Part shown: in pieces, positions 44,190 through 53,487 of the stretch
How positions within the stretch are numbered: position 1 is the first letter of the stretch
Layout: the number at the start of each line of letters is the position of its first letter
The notes under the pieces: model-generated
Database searches by the model: none
The model's input: the letters and a program-made list of their open reading frames with translations, nothing else
Told to the model about the DNA's origin: nothing
NCBI GenBank assembly: GCA_002862645.1
Contig: PKDQ01000026.1
Coordinates: 66,777 to 130,776, forward strand
DNA: 64,000 nucleotides
DNA from: Flavobacteriaceae bacterium
GTDB taxonomy: Bacteria > Bacteroidota > Bacteroidia > Flavobacteriales > Flavobacteriaceae
Direction of reading: 5' to 3'
Position numbers and translations under genes: made by a program

Positions 44190-45959
44190 ATGGAACATAT
44201 CATTAAAGAACAGCTTGCTGCATACTTTGCCAAACAGTACGATAAAACAGCAGATAGCATTGAAATTCAGCCCACCAAACCTCAATTTGAAGGCGATTTG
44301 ACTGTTGTGGTATTTCCCCTATTGAAACTAGTGCCTAAAAAACCTGCTGATTTGGCAGCGGAGTTAGGCGATTATCTCCAAGCCGAAATTGCGGAAATAA
44401 CATCTTATAATGTGGTACAAGGGTTTTTAAATATTAAAATATCACCAGCATATTACATCAAAGCATTAAAAGATATTCATGCCGATACACATTTTGGAAT
44501 TAAAAATGTTGATGTAGCTGCTGATAAAATACTTGTTGAGTATTCCTCGCCAAACACCAACAAGCCACTACACCTTGGTCATATTCGAAATAATTTATTA
44601 GGGGCTTCGGTATCCAACATATTATCTGCCAACGGCCAAAACGTACACACCACTCAAATTATCAACGATAGGGGAATTCATATCTGCAAGTCTATGGTAG
44701 CATGGGAACAGTTTGGAAATGGCGAAACGCCAACAACTGCCAAGCTAAAGGGTGATGCATTAGTAGGTAAATACTATGTGCTTTTTGACCAACAATACAA
44801 AAAGGAAATAGGGGATATGATGGCTGCTGGTTGTGATGAAGCAACGGCTAAAAATACAGCCCCCATCTTGTTACAGGCCAAGGATATGCTAATCCGCTGG
44901 GAGCAAAAAGACGCAGCTGTCATTGCTTTGTGGGAAAAAATGAATGCTTGGGTGTACGAAGGTTTTGATGAAACCTACAAACGTTTGGGGGTTCACTTCG
45001 ATTCCTACTACTATGAAAGCAATACCTATGTATTTGGGAAAGAAATTGTCACGGAAGGGCTTGATAAAGGTGTGTTTTTCAGAAAATCAGATGGATCTGT
45101 TTGGATAGATTTAACTGACGAAGGTTTAGATAAAAAACTATTGCTTCGTTCTGATGGAACTTCCGTATACATGACACAAGACCTTGGCACAGCACGCCTG
45201 CGTTATGCCGATCACCCCGATATGAAGGGTATGGTTTATACGGTAGGAAATGAACAAGATTACCATTTTAAGGTATTGTTCCTTGTGTTAAAGAAATTGG
45301 GCTATGCATGGGCATATCATTTACATCACCTAAGCTATGGTATGGTCGACTTGCCAAGCGGAAAGATGAAAAGTCGTGAAGGAACGGTAGTGGATGCCGA
45401 TGCGCTTATGACCGAAATGTTAGATACAGCCAAGCAGATTTCCCAAGAGTTGGGAAAGCTAGACGGACTGTCTGAAGCGGAAAAGGAATCGCTTTATCAC
45501 ACTATTGGCATGGGGGCTTTGAAATATTACATCCTTAAAGTAGATCCAAAGAAACGCATCTTGTTTGATCCTAAGGCTTCTGTAGATTTCACAGGAAATA
45601 CGGGCCCATTTATACAATATACGCATGCGCGTATTCAATCTATTTTACGCAAGTCTTCGGAAATGGATTTTGATATGACTGAGGTCACTTTACTACACGA
45701 AAAAGAAAAGACGGTGTTGAAGACCTTGCTTCAATTCCCTTCTACTATCGAGGCTTCAGCTAAGCAATACAGCCCGGCATTGATTGCCAATTACTTATAT
45801 GAGTTGGTGAAGCAGTTTAATTCATACTACCAAGAAGTGCCCATCCTTGTTGCGGATAAGACCCAGCAATCCTTCAGGGTGTCTTTGTGTACTGCTGTTG
45901 CGGATGTTATTGCTAATGCCCTTGGTCTTTTGGGTATTGATGCTCCGGAAAGAATGTAA
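44190..45959 (+). CDS. argS: arginine-tRNA ligase
   Basis: 589 aa. Class I HIGH-type SSPNTNKPLHLGHIRN, and MKSREG (KMSKS-like). Confidence 0.95.
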   Translation: MEHIIKEQLAAYFAKQYDKTADSIEIQPTKPQFEGDLTVVVFPLLKLVPKKPADLAAELGDYLQAEIAEITSYNVVQGFLNIKISPAYYIKALKDIHADTHFGIKNVDVAADKILVEYSSPNTNKPLHLGHIRNNLLGASVSNILSANGQNVHTTQIINDRGIHICKSMVAWEQFGNGETPTTAKLKGDALVGKYYVLFDQQYKKEIGDMMAAGCDEATAKNTAPILLQAKDMLIRWEQKDAAVIALWEKMNAWVYEGFDETYKRLGVHFDSYYYESNTYVFGKEIVTEGLDKGVFFRKSDGSVWIDLTDEGLDKKLLLRSDGTSVYMTQDLGTARLRYADHPDMKGMVYTVGNEQDYHFKVLFLVLKKLGYAWAYHLHHLSYGMVDLPSGKMKSREGTVVDADALMTEMLDTAKQISQELGKLDGLSEAEKESLYHTIGMGALKYYILKVDPKKRILFDPKASVDFTGNTGPFIQYTHARIQSILRKSSEMDFDMTEVTLLHEKEKTVLKTLLQFPSTIEASAKQYSPALIANYLYELVKQFNSYYQEVPILVADKTQQSFRVSLCTAVADVIANALGLLGIDAPERM

Positions 45960-45988
45960 AAAAAAAGCCTCGATTTTCGAGGCTTTTT
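45958..45988. terminator. bidirectional rho-independent terminator shared by argS (+) and proteorhodopsin (-)
   Basis: A9-GCCTCGA-TTT-TCGAGGC-T5. The perfect 7-bp GC-rich stem is flanked by an A-run and a T-run, so it reads as a terminator on both strands. Confidence 0.85.
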
Positions 45989-46009
45989 AAATATTATATA
46001 GGTTTTCGC

Positions 46010-46741
46010 TTATTTTTTAGAAGCAACCGCCGCAGCGTAAACTACTAAACCAAAACCAATTTTGTTGATAGCATCACCAATGTTGTAAACAACATCCATA
46101 TCTAAATTGATAGCAGTGATGAATGAATACCACTGACCATCAGCAGTACCTAGCATATAACCTATTGGGTAAATAGCCCAACCGATCAATACAAATAGTG
46201 TTAATGTCTTGTGTGCTTTTTCAACCGCTCCACCAGCAGATGCTGCAAGCTGAGCTAGCTCACCATACTTGATTAGGTATGCGATGTAGAAATAAGCAAT
46301 ACCAGAAGCAAGACCCCATAATGCAGGCATAGCAGTGCTACTGTCAGCAACTTCACCAAAGTACCCTGTTACGAGCATAACAAGTGAAGCCCAGATTAAA
46401 GTCTTAAGATGTTTGGTTGTTGCACCAGCAGCCTTAAGAATTAAATAGAACTCAACACACATTAACGGTACCGTAAGTATCCAGTCGATATAACGGATTT
46501 CAGTTGTTACTCCTCCAGAAGTAGCAGCCTCTCTCATGTAGTAGTAATGTACTGCTGCAATGAAAGTGATCAAACCTGAAACCAAAATTGAGGTTCTCCA
46601 TTTACTATCAAATTGAGGTAAGGATAGGAAAAAGAAAGCTGAAGCAGCTGTCATTGCCATTGTACCTAAAAAGAAAGTAAAATTAACCGGATCACTAAGA
46701 TCCGCATTTCCAATAAATGAAATAAAATTAGTAAGTGTCAT
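46010..46741 (-). CDS. proteorhodopsin, proton-pumping type (DTE motif)
   Basis: 243 aa, 7 TM. RYIDWILTVPLMCVEFY gives D97/T101/E108 equivalents with Met at the 105 tuning site. H75 equivalent in AAVHYYYM. Schiff-base Lys in GDAINKIGFG. Confidence 0.92.
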   Translation of the reverse strand: MTLTNFISFIGNADLSDPVNFTFFLGTMAMTAASAFFFLSLPQFDSKWRTSILVSGLITFIAAVHYYYMREAATSGGVTTEIRYIDWILTVPLMCVEFYLILKAAGATTKHLKTLIWASLVMLVTGYFGEVADSSTAMPALWGLASGIAYFYIAYLIKYGELAQLAASAGGAVEKAHKTLTLFVLIGWAIYPIGYMLGTADGQWYSFITAINLDMDVVYNIGDAINKIGFGLVVYAAAVASKK

Positions 46742-46797
46742 AATTTTTTAATTATATTTTTGTTATGCGCAATTTAAAAAAAATTAAACAAACTGTA

Positions 46798-46805
46798 TAT
46801 ATTTG
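46798..46805 (+). promoter_or_regulatory. candidate -7 box TATATTTG for blh
   Basis: Matches TAnnTTTG, 31 nt upstream of the blh ATG in the AT-rich PR/blh divergent spacer. Confidence 0.35.
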
Positions 46806-46836
46806 AATAAATATTTTGTGAATTTGTTAACAAAAC

Positions 46837-47724
46837 ATGGTCAAAATTAATCATTTCGATATTTTAAAAATTCTTATCACACTGATTTGTACAGGTTTAG
46901 TTGCTGTATTGCCTGATGGCATATTGAGCTTTTTAGCTGCTGTCAATGTGTTAACAATAGGCATCATTCATGGTGCAAATGATTTATATATCGCCTCAAA
47001 AATTAAAAGAACAGTAAGTAAGCACCAATTTAGCTACTTATTTGTTATTTATATTTTTTTTGTTTTTGTCATGGTATTTGCGCTCTACAGCTTCCCCCTA
47101 GCTTCTTTGTTGTTGTTTGTAATTATCAGTTCATTTCATTTTGGTGAGCAGCAATGGTATCAAAAAACGATTGTCAAATCCGTAAAGTTGTATATTTTCT
47201 ATGCCGCCTTTGGTTTTTTGCTTTTTGCCCTTTTGTTTTACACTCACAAATTACATACTGCAAATATTATTTTTGAAATTACACAACAAATGGTTCCCAA
47301 TTTCTTTTTTGATCGATTTACCATATTTGCATCTATACTCACAATATTTTTATTGATTATCAATTTCAAGCAAATCAAATCGCAGTTGTTTGTGCAGACC
47401 ATAGGCTTACTAAGCCTGCTCTTTCTTTTTTCTCAAACCTCTCTTATATGGTCTTTTTCGGTTTATTTTGTTCTTTGGCACAGTTTGCCCTCGCTTAAAG
47501 ATCAAGCATCTGTTTTATATCCATATGATTCCAGTCCCATCCGATCTTATATTACATCGGCCATTCCGTACTGGCTTTTGTCCTTAATAGGGCTTACAAT
47601 TGCTGTTTTATTTGTTGATAACGAAACCATCTCTATGACTTCATTGTTCTTTGCTTTTTTGGCTGCTATCACCATCCCGCATGTTATTGCTATATTTCTA
47701 ATGCATAAGAAGTATATTTCTTAA
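46837..47724 (+). CDS. blh: Brp/Blh-family beta-carotene 15,15'-dioxygenase (retinal synthesis)
   Basis: 295 aa polytopic membrane protein. Four spaced His motifs: GIIHGANDL, SSFHFGEQQW, LWHSLPS, ITIPHVIA. Divergent from the rhodopsin gene. Confidence 0.85.
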   Translation: MVKINHFDILKILITLICTGLVAVLPDGILSFLAAVNVLTIGIIHGANDLYIASKIKRTVSKHQFSYLFVIYIFFVFVMVFALYSFPLASLLLFVIISSFHFGEQQWYQKTIVKSVKLYIFYAAFGFLLFALLFYTHKLHTANIIFEITQQMVPNFFFDRFTIFASILTIFLLIINFKQIKSQLFVQTIGLLSLLFLFSQTSLIWSFSVYFVLWHSLPSLKDQASVLYPYDSSPIRSYITSAIPYWLLSLIGLTIAVLFVDNETISMTSLFFAFLAAITIPHVIAIFLMHKKYIS

Positions 47725-47745
47725 TTTAGCCTTTTAGCTTATTCC

Positions 47746-49068
47746 ATGTTTGAACAGTTTAGTAAACGCTTAGATGCTGCCTTAAAAACTCTTAAAGGGT
47801 ATGGGCGCATAACAGAAATTAATATAGCCGAAACCATGAAAGAAATTCGGCGTGCATTGCTTGATGCCGATGTTAATTTTAAAATCGCCAAATCGTTTAC
47901 CCAGCGAGTAAAAGAAAAAGCCATAGGTCAGAAGGTATTGTCAGATTTACACCCAGGCCAGTTATTAATTAAAATTGTTCAGGATGAATTAACCGACCTA
48001 CTTGGTGGGCAAAAGCAAGATATTTCTGTTGCTGGTAAGCCTGCCGTAGTGCTAATGAGTGGTTTGCAAGGTTCTGGTAAAACAACTTGTTCAGCCAAAC
48101 TCGCCAAGCACCTCAAGGAAAAACAATCCAAGCGCGTATTATTAGTGGCCTGTGACATATATAGACCTGCGGCTATTGATCAATTAAAAATCTTAGGAGA
48201 ACAAATTGAAGTTGCTGTATTTGCAGATCCCGAAAATAAGAACCCTGTTGTCATCGCCAAAAAGGCATTGAAACACGCCAAAGCAAACCAATATAATGTC
48301 GTAATAATTGATACTGCAGGTCGCTTGGCTGTGGATGAAGTATTGATGCAAGAGATTCACAACATTCACAAGGCAGTAAACCCTTTCGAAACACTATTCG
48401 TGGTTGATGCCATGATGGGTCAAGATGCCGTGAATACTGCCAAAGCATTTCACGACTTACTTCAGTTTGATGGGGTTGTGCTTACAAAAATGGATGGCGA
48501 TACCCGTGGCGGTGCTGCCTTGTCAATCAAATCGGTTGTAGATAAGCCCATTAAATTTATTGGAACAGGTGAAAAAGTAGATGCCCTAGATGTGTTTCAT
48601 CCCAACAGGATGGCTAATCGTATTTTGGGCATGGGTGATGTTGTATCTCTTGTAGAGCGTGCTCAAGAACAAGTTGATGAAGAAGAAGCAAAGCGTATTG
48701 AAAAGAAAATTGCCAAGAATCAATTTGGCTATGACGACTTTTTAAGTCAGCTCAATCAAGTGAAGCGCATGGGTTCTATGAAGGATTTGGTAGGAATGAT
48801 TCCAGGAGCTAGCAAGGCACTCAATGGGGCAGAAATAGACGAAGATGCTTTTAAGGGAGTAGAAGCCTTAATACAATCGATGACACCCAAAGAACGTCAA
48901 CAGCCCAAGTTGTTGAATTACAGTCGCAAAAAGCGTATTGCTAAAGGCGCTGGGCTTCAAATGGAAGATATTAACAAGCTGGTGAAACAGTTTGAGCAAA
49001 TGAGTAAGATGATGAAAATGATGCGCGGAGGTAAATCCTCCAAGCTGATGCAAATGTTTGGAAAATGA
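47746..49068 (+). CDS. ffh: signal recognition particle protein Ffh
   Basis: 440 aa. GLQGSGKTT, DTAGR, TKMDGD, and a Met-rich M domain (MSKMMKMMRGG). Confidence 0.97.
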   Translation: MFEQFSKRLDAALKTLKGYGRITEINIAETMKEIRRALLDADVNFKIAKSFTQRVKEKAIGQKVLSDLHPGQLLIKIVQDELTDLLGGQKQDISVAGKPAVVLMSGLQGSGKTTCSAKLAKHLKEKQSKRVLLVACDIYRPAAIDQLKILGEQIEVAVFADPENKNPVVIAKKALKHAKANQYNVVIIDTAGRLAVDEVLMQEIHNIHKAVNPFETLFVVDAMMGQDAVNTAKAFHDLLQFDGVVLTKMDGDTRGGAALSIKSVVDKPIKFIGTGEKVDALDVFHPNRMANRILGMGDVVSLVERAQEQVDEEEAKRIEKKIAKNQFGYDDFLSQLNQVKRMGSMKDLVGMIPGASKALNGAEIDEDAFKGVEALIQSMTPKERQQPKLLNYSRKKRIAKGAGLQMEDINKLVKQFEQMSKMMKMMRGGKSSKLMQMFGK

Positions 49069-49946
49069 GTATAATATTAGATGGAAAGACAACCTCAAAT
49101 CAGATTAAGGAAGAACTTTCTGTACAGGTAAAAGGAATTAAAGAATCAGGAAAGCGTCCGCCACATTTGGCAGCGGTGCTTGTTGGTAATGATGGTGCAA
49201 GCCTTACTTATGTAGGTAGCAAGGTCAGGTCGTGTGAGCGTATAGGATACGACTCAACGCTTATAAAGCTTGAGGACAACATATCCCAAGATGCACTTCT
49301 CGAGACTATCGAAAAACTCAACAGCGACCCCCTGCTCGATGGCTTTATTGTACAGCTGCCCCTTCCCAAGCACATTGATGAGGAAGTGGTGCTTCATGCC
49401 ATTAATCCAAATAAAGATGTAGATGGATTTCATCCAACCAATTTTGGTAAAATGGCATTAGGTATGGAAACTTTTATTCCTGCAACTCCTTTTGGAATCA
49501 TGGAGCTCCTTAAGCGTTACAAGCTAGATATTAGCGGAAAACACGCAGTCGTGATTGGACGCAGTCATATTGTAGGCAGACCCATGAGTATTTTACTTTC
49601 GGAAAAAGGGAATCCCGGAAATGCTACGGTTACCCTGACGCACAGCAGAACACAAAACCTTGCCGCCATTACCAACGAAGCAGACATTGTTGTTTCCGCG
49701 TTGGGTGTGCCCAATTTTTTAACTGCTGACATGGTTAAAGATGGTGCCATTATCATTGATGTAGGCATTACACGTGTTTATGATGCTAATCATCACAAAG
49801 GGTACGTAATTGTTGGTGATGTTCACTATGATGCGGTAAAAGAAAAGGCGAGCCATATAACACCTGTTCCTGGTGGTGTAGGCCCCATGACCATTGCTAT
49901 GCTGTTGCAAAATACCATGTTGGCTTACCAGCGTAATCAAGACTAA
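49065..49946 (+). CDS. folD: bifunctional methylenetetrahydrofolate dehydrogenase/methenyl-THF cyclohydrolase
   Basis: 293 aa. VIGRSHIVGRPM, TPVPGGVGPMT. ATGA overlap with ffh. Confidence 0.95.
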   Translation: MSIILDGKTTSNQIKEELSVQVKGIKESGKRPPHLAAVLVGNDGASLTYVGSKVRSCERIGYDSTLIKLEDNISQDALLETIEKLNSDPLLDGFIVQLPLPKHIDEEVVLHAINPNKDVDGFHPTNFGKMALGMETFIPATPFGIMELLKRYKLDISGKHAVVIGRSHIVGRPMSILLSEKGNPGNATVTLTHSRTQNLAAITNEADIVVSALGVPNFLTADMVKDGAIIIDVGITRVYDANHHKGYVIVGDVHYDAVKEKASHITPVPGGVGPMTIAMLLQNTMLAYQRNQD

Positions 49947-50575
49947 TGCAACCCGATCTTAAAAAAGCTGTTGAGGCTGGCCTTGCACTTCCCTTGATGG
50001 AAGCCTTTTATACCATTCAAGGCGAGGGCTATCACAAAGGCAGTGCTGCTTTTTTTATTCGTATTGGCGGTTGTGATGTGGGGTGTCACTGGTGTGATGT
50101 TAAGGAAAGTTGGGATGCCAATTTACATCCACCCACACGTATTGAAGAGATCGTTGCACAAGCCAAATCCTATGCCGATACTGTGGTGGTGACAGGTGGT
50201 GAGCCCCTTATGTGGAACATGAAACCACTCACAGAGGCATTACAAGCAGCTGGTATGAAAACCCATATCGAAACCTCTGGCGCCTATCCACTTTCTGGTA
50301 AATGGGATTGGATATGTCTGTCTCCAAAGAAACGAATGCTGCCAAAACCAGAAATATATACTGCAGCTGATGAGCTGAAAATGATCGTGTACAACAAAGA
50401 CGATTTACAGTTTGCCGAAAAACAAGCATTAGGAGTTACCGATAGCTGTAAATTATACCTACAGCCCGAGTGGAGCATAAGAGATTCAGCCATTCCCCTA
50501 ATTGTTAGGCACGTATTGGAAAACCCGAAATGGATGGCGTCACTTCAAACACATAAATATCTTAAAATTCCGTAG
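49946..50575 (+). CDS. queE: 7-carboxy-7-deazaguanine synthase (radical SAM)
   Basis: 209 aa. FIRIGGCDVGCHWCD (CxxxCxxC cluster), VVVTGGEPL. Confidence 0.85.
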   Translation: MQPDLKKAVEAGLALPLMEAFYTIQGEGYHKGSAAFFIRIGGCDVGCHWCDVKESWDANLHPPTRIEEIVAQAKSYADTVVVTGGEPLMWNMKPLTEALQAAGMKTHIETSGAYPLSGKWDWICLSPKKRMLPKPEIYTAADELKMIVYNKDDLQFAEKQALGVTDSCKLYLQPEWSIRDSAIPLIVRHVLENPKWMASLQTHKYLKIP

Positions 50576-51066
50576 TGATAGATCTAGAAAAGCTACCCGA
50601 CTATGCCGCCAAGGTTGCGCATGAAAATGCCAAGTATTTAAAAAAACTTAGGGGTCGAAAACCCAAACAACTTGACACGATCATGGGGGAGTTGCACAAC
50701 GAAGCTTTTCAAAAAATAGACTGTTTGTCCTGCGCTAACTGTTGCAAAACTACCGGACCATTATTTATCCCATCCGATATTAAACGCATAAGTAAGCGTT
50801 TAAAAATGCGTCAAACAGATTTTGAAACAACCTACCTTAGGGTGGATGAAGATGGCGACAAAGTGCTACAACAACTGCCCTGCCCTTTTTTAGAGGCAGA
50901 TAACTATTGCGGTATTTACGAAGACCGACCGAAAGCCTGTCGTGAGTTTCCCCATACCAATAGGCCGAAATTTCATCAAATAACCCAAATAACAGCAAAG
51001 AACGTTGCGGTTTGTCCAGCGGTCTTTACCATGGTGGAACGACTAAAAGCAGCTTTGCCGCAATAA
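50575..51066 (+). CDS. YkgJ-family cysteine-cluster protein (UPF0153)
   Basis: 163 aa. CLSCANCCKT and CPFL...YCGIYEDRPKACREFP. GTG start overlaps the queE stop. Confidence 0.75.
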   Translation: MIDLEKLPDYAAKVAHENAKYLKKLRGRKPKQLDTIMGELHNEAFQKIDCLSCANCCKTTGPLFIPSDIKRISKRLKMRQTDFETTYLRVDEDGDKVLQQLPCPFLEADNYCGIYEDRPKACREFPHTNRPKFHQITQITAKNVAVCPAVFTMVERLKAALPQ

Positions 51067-51095
51067 GTATTACATTTAACCTTTAATTATAGACA

Positions 51096-52322
51096 GTGGG
51101 TTTTATTTGGTTTATTGCAAAGCGTATCATTGGAAATCGAAAGCACAAGCGTAGTGTTTCTGGGCCCATAATTTCCATAGGAATTGTTGCCATTGCTTTG
51201 GGTGTAATTACCATGCTTATTGCGCTAGGTACCGGAGTTGGGCTTAAAAACAAAATTGGGGATAAAGTAGCAGCTTTTAGCGGACACGTTCGTGTAACTG
51301 CCCTTGGCAATAGCCAGCATCAAGAAACCCTGAAGCCACTTGATAATGCGATTAGCTGTTATAATCAGCTGCAAAAATTACCCAATACAGCTGCAGTTCA
51401 ATCAGTTGCCTATGTACCAGGGGTTATTTTTAACAATACCGCATTTGACGGCATCGTTTTTAAAGGTATTGATGAGGATTTTAATAGCAATTTCTTTTCT
51501 TTTTTTGGAATGTCTCAATCCATAGCCTTGCCAAGTAAGAATGAAATTTGGATTTCAGTAGAATTGGCAAAAAAACTATCCTTAAAAGTTGGGGATAGGG
51601 TACCGCTTTACTTTGCTTCCTCTCAAGCACCTATGCCCAAACGCAGAAGCTGTACGATTATAGGTTTGTTCAATACCGGTTTTGCGGACTATGACGACAC
51701 CTATATTTTAGGTCATTTGGATATAGTTCGTTCATTATATGGGTGGGGTGAGAATCAAGTAGGGGCTTTTGAGATTTTTCTTTACGACGACCATACTTTG
51801 GATCTTGATACGAATACCATTTATGACAGTGTTGATGCCCTTGTAGACGTACAGCACATTGAAGAACAATTCCCAGAAATTTTCAATTGGATTAGGTTGT
51901 TTGGCACAAACATATCCCTGATTATAATCATCATGATTGTTGTTGGGGGAGTTAACATGATCACGGCACTTATGGTACTTATTCTTGAGCAGACACAGCT
52001 TATTGGGATAACACGTGTTTTGGGTGCTAAAGTGGGCTCTTTGCAGTACCTTTTTCTTATACAGGGCGCTTATTTGATTGGTGTTGGACTTATCTGGGGC
52101 AACTTGATTGGTTTGGGCTTGTTGTTCTTACAGCACCAGACTGGCTTTATTTCCCTTGATCCCGGCACCTATTATGTAAAGGAAGTACCCATCTATATGG
52201 ATGTTACTACGGTACTCTGGCTCAACGGATTAACATTAGCTGTATGCTTGGTGCTTTTGGTATTGCCTTCTTTCATTATTTCTCGTATACCGCCCACGCA
52301 AGTACTCAAAATCAATCCTTAG
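51096..52322 (+). CDS. FtsX-like ABC transporter permease (LolC/E type)
   Basis: 408 aa. N-terminal TM, a large periplasmic loop and a C-terminal 3-TM FtsX domain. FIAKRIIGNRK is typical of the LolE N-terminus. GTG start. Confidence 0.7.
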   Translation: MGFIWFIAKRIIGNRKHKRSVSGPIISIGIVAIALGVITMLIALGTGVGLKNKIGDKVAAFSGHVRVTALGNSQHQETLKPLDNAISCYNQLQKLPNTAAVQSVAYVPGVIFNNTAFDGIVFKGIDEDFNSNFFSFFGMSQSIALPSKNEIWISVELAKKLSLKVGDRVPLYFASSQAPMPKRRSCTIIGLFNTGFADYDDTYILGHLDIVRSLYGWGENQVGAFEIFLYDDHTLDLDTNTIYDSVDALVDVQHIEEQFPEIFNWIRLFGTNISLIIIIMIVVGGVNMITALMVLILEQTQLIGITRVLGAKVGSLQYLFLIQGAYLIGVGLIWGNLIGLGLLFLQHQTGFISLDPGTYYVKEVPIYMDVTTVLWLNGLTLAVCLVLLVLPSFIISRIPPTQVLKINP

Positions 52323-52348
52323 ACATTGGTTAGCGTAACTCCATTACG

Positions 52349-52356
52349 TACCTTTG
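52349..52356 (+). promoter_or_regulatory. candidate -7 box TACCTTTG, 4 nt upstream of the ATG at 52361
   Basis: TACCTTTG-CCAG-ATG. Matches TAnnTTTG and predicts a leaderless or near-leaderless mRNA. Confidence 0.35.
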
Positions 52357-52360
52357 CCAG

Positions 52361-53338
52361 ATGCAATACATAGAAAATATTCTAGGTGCTATTGGAGATA
52401 CACCGATTATTAAGTTAAATAAAATTACTTCTGAATTAGATGCTTTGGTGTTGGCCAAAGTGGAGTTTTTTAACCCTGGAAATTCTGTTAAAGACCGCAT
52501 GGCCTTGAAAATGGTTGAAGATGCCGAGGCAGATGGACGTCTCAAACCTGGCGGAACGATAGTTGAAGGTACTTCAGGAAATACGGGAATGGGATTGGCA
52601 CTAGCTGCTATTATTAAGGGCTATAAGCTGATTTGTGTCTCCACAGATAAGCAGTCTAAAGAAAAGTTTGATATACTACGCGCCGTTGGGGCAGAGGTCA
52701 TTGTGTGCCCTACAGATGTTGCGCCTGAAGATCCACGCTCTTATTATTCGACTTCTAAGCGCATAGGGGCAGAAACCCCAAACGCATGGTATGTAAACCA
52801 ATACGACAACCCCTCCAATGCTGTGGCACATTACGAGCAAACAGGCCCTGAAATTTGGAAACAAACAGATGGAAAAATCACACACTTTGTGGTGGGAGTG
52901 GGTACGGGTGGTACCATTTCGGGTGTTGGTAAATACCTAAAAGAGCAAAACCCTGACATTAAGGTATGGGGAATTGACACCTATGGTTCTGTTTTTAAAA
53001 AATATCACGAAACGGGCATTTTTGACGAAAAGGAAATTTACCCCTATATCACCGAGGGAATAGGCGAAGATATATTGCCTGAAAATGTTGACTTTGATAT
53101 TATCGACGGCTTTGAAAAAGTCACCGACAAAGACGCTGCTATTTATACACGTAAGCTAGCACGTGAGGAAGGCATCTTTGCCGGAAACTCCTGTGGTGCT
53201 GCAGTTAAGGGAGTGCTGCAACTCAAAAAACACTTTGGCCCAAACGATGTGGTTGTGGTCCTACTGCACGATTCCGGAAGTCGTTACGTAGGTAAGATGT
53301 ACAACGACGAATGGATGCAGGAAAAGGGCTTTATGTAA
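52361..53338 (+). CDS. PLP-dependent cysteine synthase / cystathionine-beta-synthase-core family enzyme
   Basis: 325 aa. PLP Lys in NPGNSVKDR, GTSGNTG, GVGTGGTISG. Confidence 0.75.
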   Translation: MQYIENILGAIGDTPIIKLNKITSELDALVLAKVEFFNPGNSVKDRMALKMVEDAEADGRLKPGGTIVEGTSGNTGMGLALAAIIKGYKLICVSTDKQSKEKFDILRAVGAEVIVCPTDVAPEDPRSYYSTSKRIGAETPNAWYVNQYDNPSNAVAHYEQTGPEIWKQTDGKITHFVVGVGTGGTISGVGKYLKEQNPDIKVWGIDTYGSVFKKYHETGIFDEKEIYPYITEGIGEDILPENVDFDIIDGFEKVTDKDAAIYTRKLAREEGIFAGNSCGAAVKGVLQLKKHFGPNDVVVVLLHDSGSRYVGKMYNDEWMQEKGFM

Positions 53339-53487
53339 GTCTTATATGCTAGAAAACGTTGCTACTCCAAATAGGAGACTTATCTAAAAAATGTACAAAA
53401 ACCAAATTATACACTTTTCGGAAGTAGAACAAACTTGGGGTCTCGCCGAGATGCGTAGTGTACTGTTAAAGTAATAAAATATTCGGA

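Noticed and set aside
46010-46741. Possibility that the rhodopsin is a Na+ (NDQ) or Cl- (NTQ) pump, or a xanthorhodopsin-type antenna-binding pump.
   Set aside because: The helix C motif is D...T......E (RYIDWILTVPLMCVE), the proton-pump DTE signature. I cannot assess antenna-binding residues reliably by eye.
46823-46834. 12-bp perfect palindrome TTTGTTAACAAA 2 nt upstream of the blh ATG, and the ATATTT-GAAT-AAATAT dyad nearby, considered as possible light or regulator binding sites.
   Set aside because: These are short AT-rich palindromes in an AT-rich spacer. I would expect dyads of this size to occur by chance many times in 64 kb (not computed). No second copy and no partner regulator gene are seen.
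53391-53474. 27-codon ORF (MYKNQIIHFSEVEQTWGLAEMRSVLLK) and small stem-loops in the 149-bp convergent spacer between the cysteine-synthase-family gene and the M28 gene. Considered as a small protein, an sRNA or a terminator.
   Set aside because: There is no promoter box and no recognisable peptide features. The hairpins (for example TCTCG-CC-CGAGA) have only 4-5 bp stems with no T-tract. Evidence is insufficient without conservation or expression data.
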